NCBI GenBank assembly: GCA_963778025.1
Contig: CAVZTA010000003.1
Span: 225,544-289,543 of the forward strand
Source: an uncultured Chloroflexia bacterium
Lineage (GTDB): Bacteria > Chloroflexota > Limnocylindria > Limnocylindrales > CSP1-4
Reading direction: 5' to 3'
Length of the DNA stretch: 64,000 nucleotides
A model generated the notes under the pieces. It was not told the origin of the DNA, did no database searches, and worked only from the letters and a program-made list of their open reading frames with translations. Both the position numbers and the translations under genes were made by a program. Shown one piece after another: positions 56,568 to 64,000 of the stretch; position 1 is the first letter of the stretch; every line of letters starts with the position of its first letter.

Positions 56568-57753
56568 CTACGACCGCGGGTTGGCGATCGTGACGGGCGA
56601 ATCGCGATCGACGGCGGTCATGTGCAGGCGCAGCGTGGCCTGGAGCGCGTCGTCGGCCAGGTCACCCGCGGAGCCGTTCACATGCGCGTCGACGCGGCCG
56701 AGCTGCCCGTCCTGGAAGACCCAGAAGTCGAGCTCGCCGAGCCATCGGCTGATGTCGGTGTCCCCGACGAGGAGCGCGACCTCGGGCGCCATCCGCCGGA
56801 AGGTGTCGCCCGTGACGATGACCCGGCAATGCCGCGCTCGGGCGCCCTCGATGACGTCGATGCCATGCAGCTCGGCGACCGCGCGTGCGGCGGGCGTGAG
56901 CGCGGTGTCGACGACCGAGCCGTCGAGGTCACCGCCGGTCGCGCGCTGCAGGGGCGTCGGGACCCAGGTGCTGCCGGGCGCCAGCGACCAGGCCTGGTCG
57001 CCGCAGACGGACGAGGCCGACGCGCCCGAGCGCTTCCTCGGATGCGACGTAGCCCTCCCACTGGACGTCGTTCCCCGAGCGCGTCCCGTTCAGCGACAGG
57101 GAGCCCACCCGACGGCCGTCGATATCCAGGCTGAGATCCGCGTCGACGCGCGCCGTGGCGCCGGCCATGAGCGCCTGGTCGCAGAGCGGCGGGTCCTCGC
57201 TCGGATCGGTCGGCCCGAACCGGGAGCCGAAGACCACGCGGTCGCGCAGGGCGAGCTCGTTCGCGAGTGCGGCGCCGCCGAACACTCCGGCCGCGATCAC
57301 CGCGGCCGCGATCCCGAGGAGCGTCCCGCGCGTCAGCCGTCGCCGGCGCACGGCCGTCTCCCCGAGTTGCCGCCTCGCGATGCCCAATCCGGCGAACACG
57401 GCCGTGCCCACGAGCGCGAGGATCCACGGGTACGCCGCCTCGGGCGAGGGCAGGAGCGTCTGGGGCCCGCGCGTCTCGAGCTGGATCACCAGCCCCGCGA
57501 GCGACGGGATCAGCAGGAGCACGGCCCCGAGCCCCAGCCACACGATGCTCGCGAACGCACGCTCGCCGCGGGCGGCGGGTGGCCAGCGCAGAGCGGCGAG
57601 GGCAACGAGCAGCGGCAGCACCGCCGCGAACCCGACGACGATGTCCACCGGTCCGCCAGGCCGGTAGCCCACCAGCACGAGCACGAAGGCGAGCGCCCAG
57701 AGCGCGGTCAGGATGCCGGCGAGGATCCGCAGCTGGATGATCCGGACGCGCAC
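56568..57753 (-). CDS. polytopic membrane protein with extracytoplasmic C-terminal domain (1-nt frame change near 57033-57042)
   Basis: ORF 56929..57906(-) from GTG 57753: about 6 TM (ILAGILTALWALAFVLVLVG..). The C-terminus continues in the frame of ORF 56568..56792(-): WVPTPLQRATGGDLDGSVVDTAL..LLVGDTDISRWLGELDFWVFQDGQLGRVD. Confidence 0.6.
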
Positions 57754-57998
57754 GGCGGCGAGTCTAGCGGCGGGCCGCTGCAGGTGTGGCCGGGGCCCCT
57801 GACTCGGATCGCAGGACCGTGTTCCAGGACGCACCACCGCAAGTACCGCCACCCCTAGGACCAGCGGGCCATCGTGTGCGACGGAGCCCCGCCCGAAACT
57901 CCCCACACCACACCGGACGCAGGTTCGGGGTGGGAAGACAGGACCACCGCCGCGGGGGGACCGCGGTCGATGCTGGAGTCAGGGACAAGGCGTGATCC

Positions 57999-58346
57999 AT
58001 GGCAGGTCAGGCGCGATCTCGAGGCACGCGGGGATCCGGGCGAACGGCCCGGGGCGCCTCGTCGTGGCCGGCGGTCGCGGCGGCCTCCGCGGTCGCGTCT
58101 GGGTCCTCCACCGCCAGCCCGACCGCCTCGAACCCGGCAACGGATCCGCGCACCCGGGCGACGTATCGGATGCTCATCCTCCGGGGTCTGGCGCCGACTG
58201 AGGCCGCGAACCTCACGGCGTTCCTGTGCGGCATCCCCGTCGGGGAGGCCACCTGGTCGATCCACGAGGTCAATCGACTGCTCTTCCTCCGGGAGCTCAA
58301 CCGCACCGGACGGTTCGGATCCGAGGACGGCACGCCGACCCACTGA
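57999..58346 (+). CDS. small hypothetical protein (conserved-looking C-terminal 57 aa; start uncertain, alternative ATG 58170)
   Basis: ORF 57999..58346: MLILRGLAPTEAANLTAFLCGIPVGEATWSIHEVNRLLFLRELNRTGRFG. GC3-rich. Followed by a canonical intrinsic terminator. Confidence 0.45.
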   Translation: MAGQARSRGTRGSGRTARGASSWPAVAAASAVASGSSTASPTASNPATDPRTRATYRMLILRGLAPTEAANLTAFLCGIPVGEATWSIHEVNRLLFLRELNRTGRFGSEDGTPTH

Positions 58347-58412
58347 TCCGGGCCCGCACAACCGCATATCGGCGCGGGGACGTCCTCCCTCCTCCCGTCC
58401 TCGCGTGAACTA

Positions 58413-58458
58413 CCCGAAACGGCGCCGTACCTCCTCCCGGCGCCGTTTCGGGTTTCTT
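58413..58458 (+). terminator. rho-independent terminator
   Basis: CCCGAAACGGCGCCG tacctcctcc CGGCGCCGTTTCGGG TTTCTT: perfect 15-bp stem, 10-nt loop, T-rich tail. Confidence 0.7.
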
Positions 58459-58466
58459 CGCGTCCG

Positions 58467-58850
58467 TCACCGCCCGCCCCGGCGGGCCTCCGCCGCGGCC
58501 GCGTTCTCGGCCCAGCGGATGCGGACGATGCGACCGATGAGCTCGAGCGGGAGCGGCTCCGACGCCTTGAAGCTGATCGTCCCCTTGCCCGTCAGATACG
58601 GCTCGATCTCGCCGGCGAGCTGCGTCACGACGCCTTCGCTTGCCGGGAACAGGCTGAAGTGCTGCTTGAACGCGGCGTACGAGACCAGGAAGCGCTCGCC
58701 GTGGCTGCGCAGTGCGGGCATGGCGTACGCGATCCCCTCGGTCGCCCCGGGTGCCGCCGCGTTGACCGCCCCGCGCATCGCCTCGATCCCCGCGCGCTGG
58801 TCGTCGTTCAGGGTCGCGAGGTAGGCGTCGACGCTGGTCGGTCCGGCCAT
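58467..58850 (-). CDS. DUF1801 (YdhG-like) domain protein
   Basis: ORF 58467..58850(-): SVDAYLATLNDDQRAGIEAMRGAV, AYAMPALRSHGERFLVSYAAFKQHFSLFP, GKGTISFK. Confidence 0.75.
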   Translation of the reverse strand: MAGPTSVDAYLATLNDDQRAGIEAMRGAVNAAAPGATEGIAYAMPALRSHGERFLVSYAAFKQHFSLFPASEGVVTQLAGEIEPYLTGKGTISFKASEPLPLELIGRIVRIRWAENAAAAEARRGGR

Positions 58851-58916
58851 CGGGCGTTCCTCCTGCGGTGCGGGCGGCCGCCGGCATCATCCCACGCGCC
58901 CTACCATCGCTCGGCC

Positions 58917-59732
58917 ATGCCCCGACCCGTGATCTCGCTGCTCACCGACTTCGGCGCGCGCGACCCGTCCGCCGGCATCCTCCACGGGGTCATCCGGACG
59001 ATCGCACCCGACGCCGACGTCATCGACATCAGCCACGAGGTCCGCAAGTTCCGGATCCGCGACGGCGCGCTGCTCCTGTGGTGTGCGCTGCCGTACCTCC
59101 CGGTCGGCGTCCACGTGGCTGTCGTCGACCCGGGCGTCGGGACGGCACGCCGGCCGGTGGCCGTGCGCATGGCGCGCGGCGACATCCTGGTCGGGCCGGA
59201 CAACGGACTGCTGCTGGGACCGGCGGATCGCCTGGGCGGGGTCGCCGAGGCGGTCGAGCTGACGGCGGCCCAGTACCGCCTGCCGGTCATCTCGTCGAGC
59301 TTCCACGGACGCGACATCTTCGCCCCGGCGGCCGCGCATCTGACCACGGGCGTCGCGCTCGAGGCGCTGGGTCCGGCGCTCGACCCTGCGACCCTGGTGC
59401 CATCGCCCCTCGCCGCCCCGACGCTGGGCAACGGCGCGCTCGTCACCGAGATCGTCTATGTCGACACCTTCGGCAACGTGAAGCTGGGCGCGCTGGCGAG
59501 TGACCTCGAACGGACGCTCGGGCGACTTGCCGCCGGGACGGCCGTCGAGGCGACGATCGCCGGGACGCCGCGTGCCCTGCCGTGGGCGGTGACCTTCGGC
59601 GATGTCGGCGCCGGTGAGCCGCTGCTCTACGAGGACTCCTACGGCCGCCTGTGCATCGCGGTCAACCAGGGCGACGCCGCCCGATCCCTGGGCCTGGTCG
59701 AGGACCAGCCGGTCGTCCTGCGGGCGGGCTGA
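58917..59732 (+). CDS. SAM hydrolase / SAM-dependent halogenase family protein (DUF62, adenosyl-transfer fold)
   Basis: Within ORF 58659..59732, ATG 58917: MPRPVISLLTDFGARDPSAGILHGVI, VHVAVVDPGVGTARR, LVGPDNGLL, SSSFHGRDIFAPAAAHL, VDTFGNV. Confidence 0.85.
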   Translation: MPRPVISLLTDFGARDPSAGILHGVIRTIAPDADVIDISHEVRKFRIRDGALLLWCALPYLPVGVHVAVVDPGVGTARRPVAVRMARGDILVGPDNGLLLGPADRLGGVAEAVELTAAQYRLPVISSSFHGRDIFAPAAAHLTTGVALEALGPALDPATLVPSPLAAPTLGNGALVTEIVYVDTFGNVKLGALASDLERTLGRLAAGTAVEATIAGTPRALPWAVTFGDVGAGEPLLYEDSYGRLCIAVNQGDAARSLGLVEDQPVVLRAG

Positions 59733-59803
59733 CGCGCGCGGCCGGGGATCGGGAGGCCGCATGTACACTCCGCGGGTCCTGTCACCCGTGGAGAACGTCT
59801 CTC

Positions 59804-60778
59804 ATGCGCACGACCCGCATCCCCCTCATCGCAGCCGCCGCTCTGCTCGTGGCCGCGTGTTCGGGTGGCGCCGGCGCGAGCCCGTCTGCTGCCCCGTCGT
59901 CCGCGGCTCCGTCATCGGCCGCCCCGTCCGCCTCGGCGTCCGCGTCCGCGTCCGTGGCGCCCAGCACGTCCCCGTCGGCGGATGCGTGTGCCAAGGACTC
60001 CCTGGCGACCAAGACCGCGGGCAAGCTGACGATCGGGACCGACAACCCCGCGTACCCGCCGTACTACCTGCCGCGCGAGGGCGGCAACACCGAGCCGTGG
60101 GACAAGGACCAGGGCGATCCGACGACCGGCAAGGGCTTCGAGAGCGCGATCGCCTTCGCCGTGGCCGACAAGCTCGGGTTCACGCCCGACGAGGTCACCT
60201 GGATCGTCGTCCCGTTCGCCAACTCGTTCAAGCCGGGTCCCAAGGAGTTCGACTACTTCATCAACCAGGTCGCCAACAAGCCCGAGCGCGCCCAGACCGC
60301 GGACCTCTCCGAGAGCTACTACGACGGCAATCAGGCGGTCATCGTCGCCCAGACCTCGAAGTTCGTCAGCGCGAAGACGATCGCCGAGCTCAAGGACGCG
60401 AAGCTGGGTGCGCAGGTCGGCACGACCAGCCTCGATGCGATCGAGAACGTCATCAAGCCCACGAACGAGGCGTCCATCTACGACACCAACGACGCTGCCC
60501 TCACGGCGCTCAAGGCGAAGCAGATCGACGGCATCGTCGTCGACCTCCCGACCTCGTTCTACATGACCGAGGTCCAGACCACGGGGAACACGATCATCGG
60601 GCAGCTTGGCCAGGCGACCGGGGCGACGCCCGAGCACTGGAGCCTGGTCCTCGAGAAGGACAGCCCGCTCACGGCATGCGTCGACCAGGCGGTCACGGCG
60701 CTTCGTGATGCGGGCACGCTGACGACGATCCGCGACCAGTGGCTCCAGGACAAGACCATCCCCGAGCTGCAGCCCTAG
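59804..60778 (+). CDS. amino-acid ABC transporter substrate-binding lipoprotein
   Basis: Within ORF 59651..60778, ATG 59804: MRTTRIPLIAAAALLVAAC lipobox, Ser/Ala/Pro linker, KLTIGTDNPAYPPYY, IDGIVVDLPTSFY. Confidence 0.85.
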   Translation: MRTTRIPLIAAAALLVAACSGGAGASPSAAPSSAAPSSAAPSASASASASVAPSTSPSADACAKDSLATKTAGKLTIGTDNPAYPPYYLPREGGNTEPWDKDQGDPTTGKGFESAIAFAVADKLGFTPDEVTWIVVPFANSFKPGPKEFDYFINQVANKPERAQTADLSESYYDGNQAVIVAQTSKFVSAKTIAELKDAKLGAQVGTTSLDAIENVIKPTNEASIYDTNDAALTALKAKQIDGIVVDLPTSFYMTEVQTTGNTIIGQLGQATGATPEHWSLVLEKDSPLTACVDQAVTALRDAGTLTTIRDQWLQDKTIPELQP

Positions 60779-60802
60779 GGCGCGTCGAACCGACGTACCC
60801 CG

Positions 60803-61702
60803 ATGGCAGCGGGACCGCCGGACCCCCGGTCGGTCCCGCCCGCGCGCGCGTTCCGGGAGCTGTCGCTGGGTGACCCGCGCACGCGCGCGACGCTCATCGC
60901 GATCGTCTCCACCGTCGTCGTGTTCGGCGCCCTCGCGCTGCTCGTCACCAACTCGCCCGGCTGGGACGACGTGCGGGAGTCGTTCTTCAACGGCCGGGTC
61001 TTCGCCGACTCGTGGCCCCGGATCCTCAACGCCTTCTGGGTCAACGTCCGGCTGTTCCTCATCGCCGAGGTCCTGGTCCTCATCCTCGGACTGGCGATCG
61101 CGATCCTGCGGAGCGCGCCCGGCCCCGCGATGTTCCCCGTCCGCCTCCTCGCGACCATCTATGTCGACGTGTTCCGCGCCCTGCCCGGCGTGCTCGTGAT
61201 CTTCATCCTCGGCTTCGGTGTCCCGGCGCTTGGCCTGCCGGGCCTGCCCATCGACCCGTTCTTCTGGGCGGTCGTCGCGCTCACGCTGCTGTATTCCGCG
61301 TACGTCTCCGAGGTCTACCGCGCGGGCATCGATTCGGTCCACCCGTCGCAGATGGCCGCCGCGCGATCGCTGGGCCTCAGCCAGTGGCAGGGGATGCGCT
61401 ACGTCGTCCTGCCGCAGGCCGTCCGCCGGGTCGTGCCGCCGCTGCTCAACGACTTCATCGGGCTCCAGAAGGACACGGTGCTCGTGTCGTTCGTCGGCGT
61501 GGTCGAGGTGTTCCGCCAATCGCAGATCCGGCAGGCGGGCTCGTTCAACTTCACGCCGTACCTCGCGACCGCGCTGATCTTCCTCGCCCTCACGATCCCG
61601 CTCGCCCGGCTGGTCGACTGGCTGATCGCCCGTGACCGGTCACCCGGCGCGCCGCTGCGGACGGTGCAGACCGGCTCGACGAACGCCGGGGTCCGCACGT
61701 GA
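60803..61702 (+). CDS. amino-acid ABC transporter permease (HisM/GlnP family)
   Basis: ORF 60803..61702: YSAYVSEVYRAGIDSVHPSQMAAARSLGLSQWQGMRYVVLPQAVRRVVPPLLNDFIGLQKDT (EAA loop region). Confidence 0.9.
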   Translation: MAAGPPDPRSVPPARAFRELSLGDPRTRATLIAIVSTVVVFGALALLVTNSPGWDDVRESFFNGRVFADSWPRILNAFWVNVRLFLIAEVLVLILGLAIAILRSAPGPAMFPVRLLATIYVDVFRALPGVLVIFILGFGVPALGLPGLPIDPFFWAVVALTLLYSAYVSEVYRAGIDSVHPSQMAAARSLGLSQWQGMRYVVLPQAVRRVVPPLLNDFIGLQKDTVLVSFVGVVEVFRQSQIRQAGSFNFTPYLATALIFLALTIPLARLVDWLIARDRSPGAPLRTVQTGSTNAGVRT

Positions 61703-62475
61703 GCGGGGCGACGGTGGACCACGGTCCGGCGGGCGAGGCGCTGCGCATCGAGGGCCTTCGGAAGGCCTACGGGAAGGCCGAGATCCTGCGCGGCATCGAC
61801 CTCACGGTCCACGAGCACGAGGTCGTGTGCCTCATCGGGGCGTCGGGCAGCGGCAAGTCGACGCTGCTGCGGTGCATCAACCTGCTCGAGCCGATCGACG
61901 CCGGCCGGATCGTCGTGGAGGGCGACGAGATCACCGCGAAGGGGGTCGAGGTGAACCGCATCCGGCGACGCATCGGCATCGTGTTCCAGGCGTTCAACCT
62001 GTTCCCGCACATGACGGTGCTGGGGAACGTGACCCTGGGGCCACGCAAGGTCCTGAAGCGGAGCGCCCGGACGGCCGAGAGCGAGGCGACCTCGCTCCTC
62101 GAGCGGTTCGGCCTCGCCGACAAGGCACACGAGCGGCCCGACCGACTCTCGGGCGGCCAGCAGCAGCGTGTCGCGATCGTCCGGGCGCTCGCGATGCAGC
62201 CCGACCTGCTGCTGCTCGACGAGATCACCAGCTCGCTCGATCCGGAGCTCGTCGCGGAGGTGCTGGAGGTCATCCGCGAGCTCGCCGCGGGCGGCATGAC
62301 GATGGTCATCGCGACCCACGAGATGGGCTTCGCGCGCGACATCGCCGACCGGGTGTGCTTCCTCGACGAGGGCCGGATCCTCGAGGAGGGACCACCCGCC
62401 GAGATGTTCAGGGCGCCGCGCGAAGCGCGGACGCAGCGATTCCTGCAGCGGGTGATCGAAGCCGGGCGGTTGTGA
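61699..62475 (+). CDS. amino-acid ABC transporter ATP-binding protein (GlnQ-like)
   Basis: ORF 61699..62475: Walker A GASGSGKST, signature LSGGQQQRVAIVRAL, Walker B LLLLDE. 4-nt overlap with the permease gene. Confidence 0.9.
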   Translation: MSGATVDHGPAGEALRIEGLRKAYGKAEILRGIDLTVHEHEVVCLIGASGSGKSTLLRCINLLEPIDAGRIVVEGDEITAKGVEVNRIRRRIGIVFQAFNLFPHMTVLGNVTLGPRKVLKRSARTAESEATSLLERFGLADKAHERPDRLSGGQQQRVAIVRALAMQPDLLLLDEITSSLDPELVAEVLEVIRELAAGGMTMVIATHEMGFARDIADRVCFLDEGRILEEGPPAEMFRAPREARTQRFLQRVIEAGRL

Positions 62476-62515
62476 GCGGCTCGGGCAGCCGGTCGCCCGC
62501 GCGTCACCGCCCCGG

Positions 62516-63637
62516 TCAGGCCGGGCGCTGCACGCCCAGCAGGCGGTCGAGTGTCACCGGCTGGAGACCCGCCGCGGCCAGTCCGTCGATGACGCCTGGC
62601 ATCGCGGCGAGCGTCGACTCGCCGCCCGCGTGCAGCAGCACGATCGACCCGCCCTGGGCGCGCGACACGACCCGCGAGACGATGTCGTCGGGGGTCGGTC
62701 CGCCGGCCGCCGCGCGCTTCCAGTCCGAGGTGTCGACGTCCCACATGACGAGGTAGCCGAACCCGGCGTCGCTCATCGCCCGGCGCACCGTGCGGTCATA
62801 GGCCCCGAACGGCGGCCGCGCGAAGGGCTTCGACGTCGTCCCGGTCGCGTCGCGGATCGCGGTCTCCGCGCGGGTGAGCTCGTCGCGCACCTGGTTCTTC
62901 GTGGATCCCACGAGGGAGCGGTGATCGAACGTCAGGTTGCCGAGCGTCAGCAGGTCGGGATGCGCGGCAGCCAGCGCGAGCACGCGACGACCGGCGTCCG
63001 TCGCCGCCGCATCGCCCGTCACGAACAGCGTCGCCGGGACCCGGTGGTCGACCAGCCAGGCGACGACCGCGTCATCGGGCGCCGTTCGGCCGCCGACCTC
63101 GACGGTCAGCGCCACCGCGTTCCCGCCACGCGCGCCCGAGGAGACGACCAGTGCGTCGCCCGAGGTGGGCACCGCCGCGGGCGGGATGACGAGCGACGGA
63201 AGCGGCGTGGGCGACAGCGATGGCGCCTCCGTCTCGGCCGATTCGTCGTACACGGTGTTCGGCATGACCTGGAGCCGCCACCCGGCAGCGATGCGATCCG
63301 GCTTGTAGCCCGGGAGCGTCGGATCGAGCGACGGATACGCGGTCCGGTTCCAGAAGGCGATGCTGCGCGCCGTCGTGTGGTAGCGGCGGGCGATCGAGGT
63401 GAGGGTCTCGCCCCGGGCGACGACGTGGAGGCGGAACGTGGGCGCGGGGGTGGGCGTCGGTCCGGCCGGCGTCGGGGCGGGCGTCGGCCTCGGCGGGCTG
63501 GTGATCACGGGCGACGGCGAGGCGAGGGGCGTCGGCGTGGGCCCGAGCGCGCTCGGGAGGCAGGCGCTCGCGATGACGATGACCGCGAGACCGAAGGCGA
63601 GGGGCACGAACGGGCGGGCGGGACGCGGGACGCTCAC
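62516..63637 (-). CDS. LysM-domain polysaccharide deacetylase (NodB homology) lipoprotein
   Basis: ORF 62516..63895(-), GTG 63637: LAFGLAVIVIASAC lipobox. LysM HVVARGETLTSIARRYHTTARSIAFWN. NodB ATLFVTGD, FDHRS, RPPFGAY, VMWDVDTSDW, IVLLHAGG. Confidence 0.85.
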   Translation of the reverse strand: MSVPRPARPFVPLAFGLAVIVIASACLPSALGPTPTPLASPSPVITSPPRPTPAPTPAGPTPTPAPTFRLHVVARGETLTSIARRYHTTARSIAFWNRTAYPSLDPTLPGYKPDRIAAGWRLQVMPNTVYDESAETEAPSLSPTPLPSLVIPPAAVPTSGDALVVSSGARGGNAVALTVEVGGRTAPDDAVVAWLVDHRVPATLFVTGDAAATDAGRRVLALAAAHPDLLTLGNLTFDHRSLVGSTKNQVRDELTRAETAIRDATGTTSKPFARPPFGAYDRTVRRAMSDAGFGYLVMWDVDTSDWKRAAAGGPTPDDIVSRVVSRAQGGSIVLLHAGGESTLAAMPGVIDGLAAAGLQPVTLDRLLGVQRPA

Positions 63638-63725
63638 GGCTCGGGGATGACGCGGCGGGGACGGCGACCGTGACGCGACGCGAGGACCCGGCACCGACTG
63701 ACCCAACGACGGGGGCCGGCTCGCC

Positions 63726-64000
63726 TCAGGCCAGCGTGACCGTCGGCGGATCGACCGGCGTCGGCAGCTGGAGGGTGAACTCGCCGGCCAGCGCGAGCCC
63801 TTCGTCGGCCGTGGCGATCCTGCCGCGCCCGCTGCGCTTGGCGACGAAGCACGCCCGGTCGGCGGCGAGGAGCAGCCCCGACGCCGTGGCGGCATCGGTC
63901 GGATAGGACGCGACGCCGATGGACGCCGACACGGAGACCCCCTCGCGAGCCCAGTGCGAGCCGTCGCGGCCGACCTCGTCGATGGCCACCCGGATGCGTT
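63726..64000 (-). CDS. GGDEF-domain diguanylate cyclase, C-terminal part only (gene continues past the window end)
   Basis: ORF 63726..63989(-): VSVSASIGVASYPTDAATASGLLLAADRACFVAKRSGRGRI, the typical end of a GGDEF domain. The frame stays open to nt 64000. Confidence 0.7.
   Translation of the reverse strand, partial: RIRVAIDEVGRDGSHWAREGVSVSASIGVASYPTDAATASGLLLAADRACFVAKRSGRGRIATADEGLALAGEFTLQLPTPVDPPTVTLA

Noticed and set aside
57780-57990. C-rich non-coding stretch (ccgcccgaaactccccacaccacaccgg ..) as a possible 6C-like or riboswitch RNA
   Set aside because: I could not draw the two C-loop hairpins or any known riboswitch core, and part of it may belong to the N-terminal extension of ORF 57999..58346.

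Overview
Very GC-rich chromosomal segment of actinobacterial type (about 70% GC by eye; third codon positions are almost all G/C).

Core content, in order:
- a 5'-truncated protein with a PT-rich stalk, one TM helix and an SH3-like domain
- an orphan DPPY-type methyltransferase
- an 1139-aa LuxR/LAL regulator, a cupredoxin lipoprotein, AlaX and MgtC
- an 8-gene minus-strand amino-sugar locus: Gfo/Idh/MocA oxidoreductase, SIS protein, CUT2-type sugar ABC transporter, GntR/HutC regulator and NagA, preceded by a DasR/NagR-like palindromic operator
- pntAA-pntAB-pntB
- an XRE-cupin / amidase / DsbA-like operon
- a glycan-modification neighbourhood with a roughly 1170-aa fusion of pyruvyltransferase-like, GT8 and TylF-methyltransferase domains
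- two class III nucleotidyl cyclases
- a Met-rich tandem-repeat lipoprotein coupled to a DipZ-like CcdA + thioredoxin
- an ECF sigma factor with an anti-sigma/beta-propeller partner, and an S1 protease
- pgm-glgM
- a membrane protein / WYL regulator / SAMHD1-like HD hydrolase operon
- an amino-acid ABC transporter, a LysM-polysaccharide deacetylase and a partial GGDEF gene

Accessory part: a lower-GC island from about 41.2/41.7 kb to 48.3 kb abuts the 3' end of tRNA-Arg(UCG). It carries two tyrosine recombinase copies in the same orientation, one of them decayed. All of its cargo is uncharacterised: a 97-aa protein with 8 Cys, a 2-TM/helical protein, and a signal-less SGNH hydrolase with a PLAT-like C-terminal beta-sandwich plus a small TM partner. 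This island is my best candidate for an undescribed system.

Caveat for the whole window: well over a dozen conserved genes, including housekeeping ones, change reading frame by a single base in mid-domain. The assembly therefore looks indel-prone. Many coordinates below deliberately span such frame changes.
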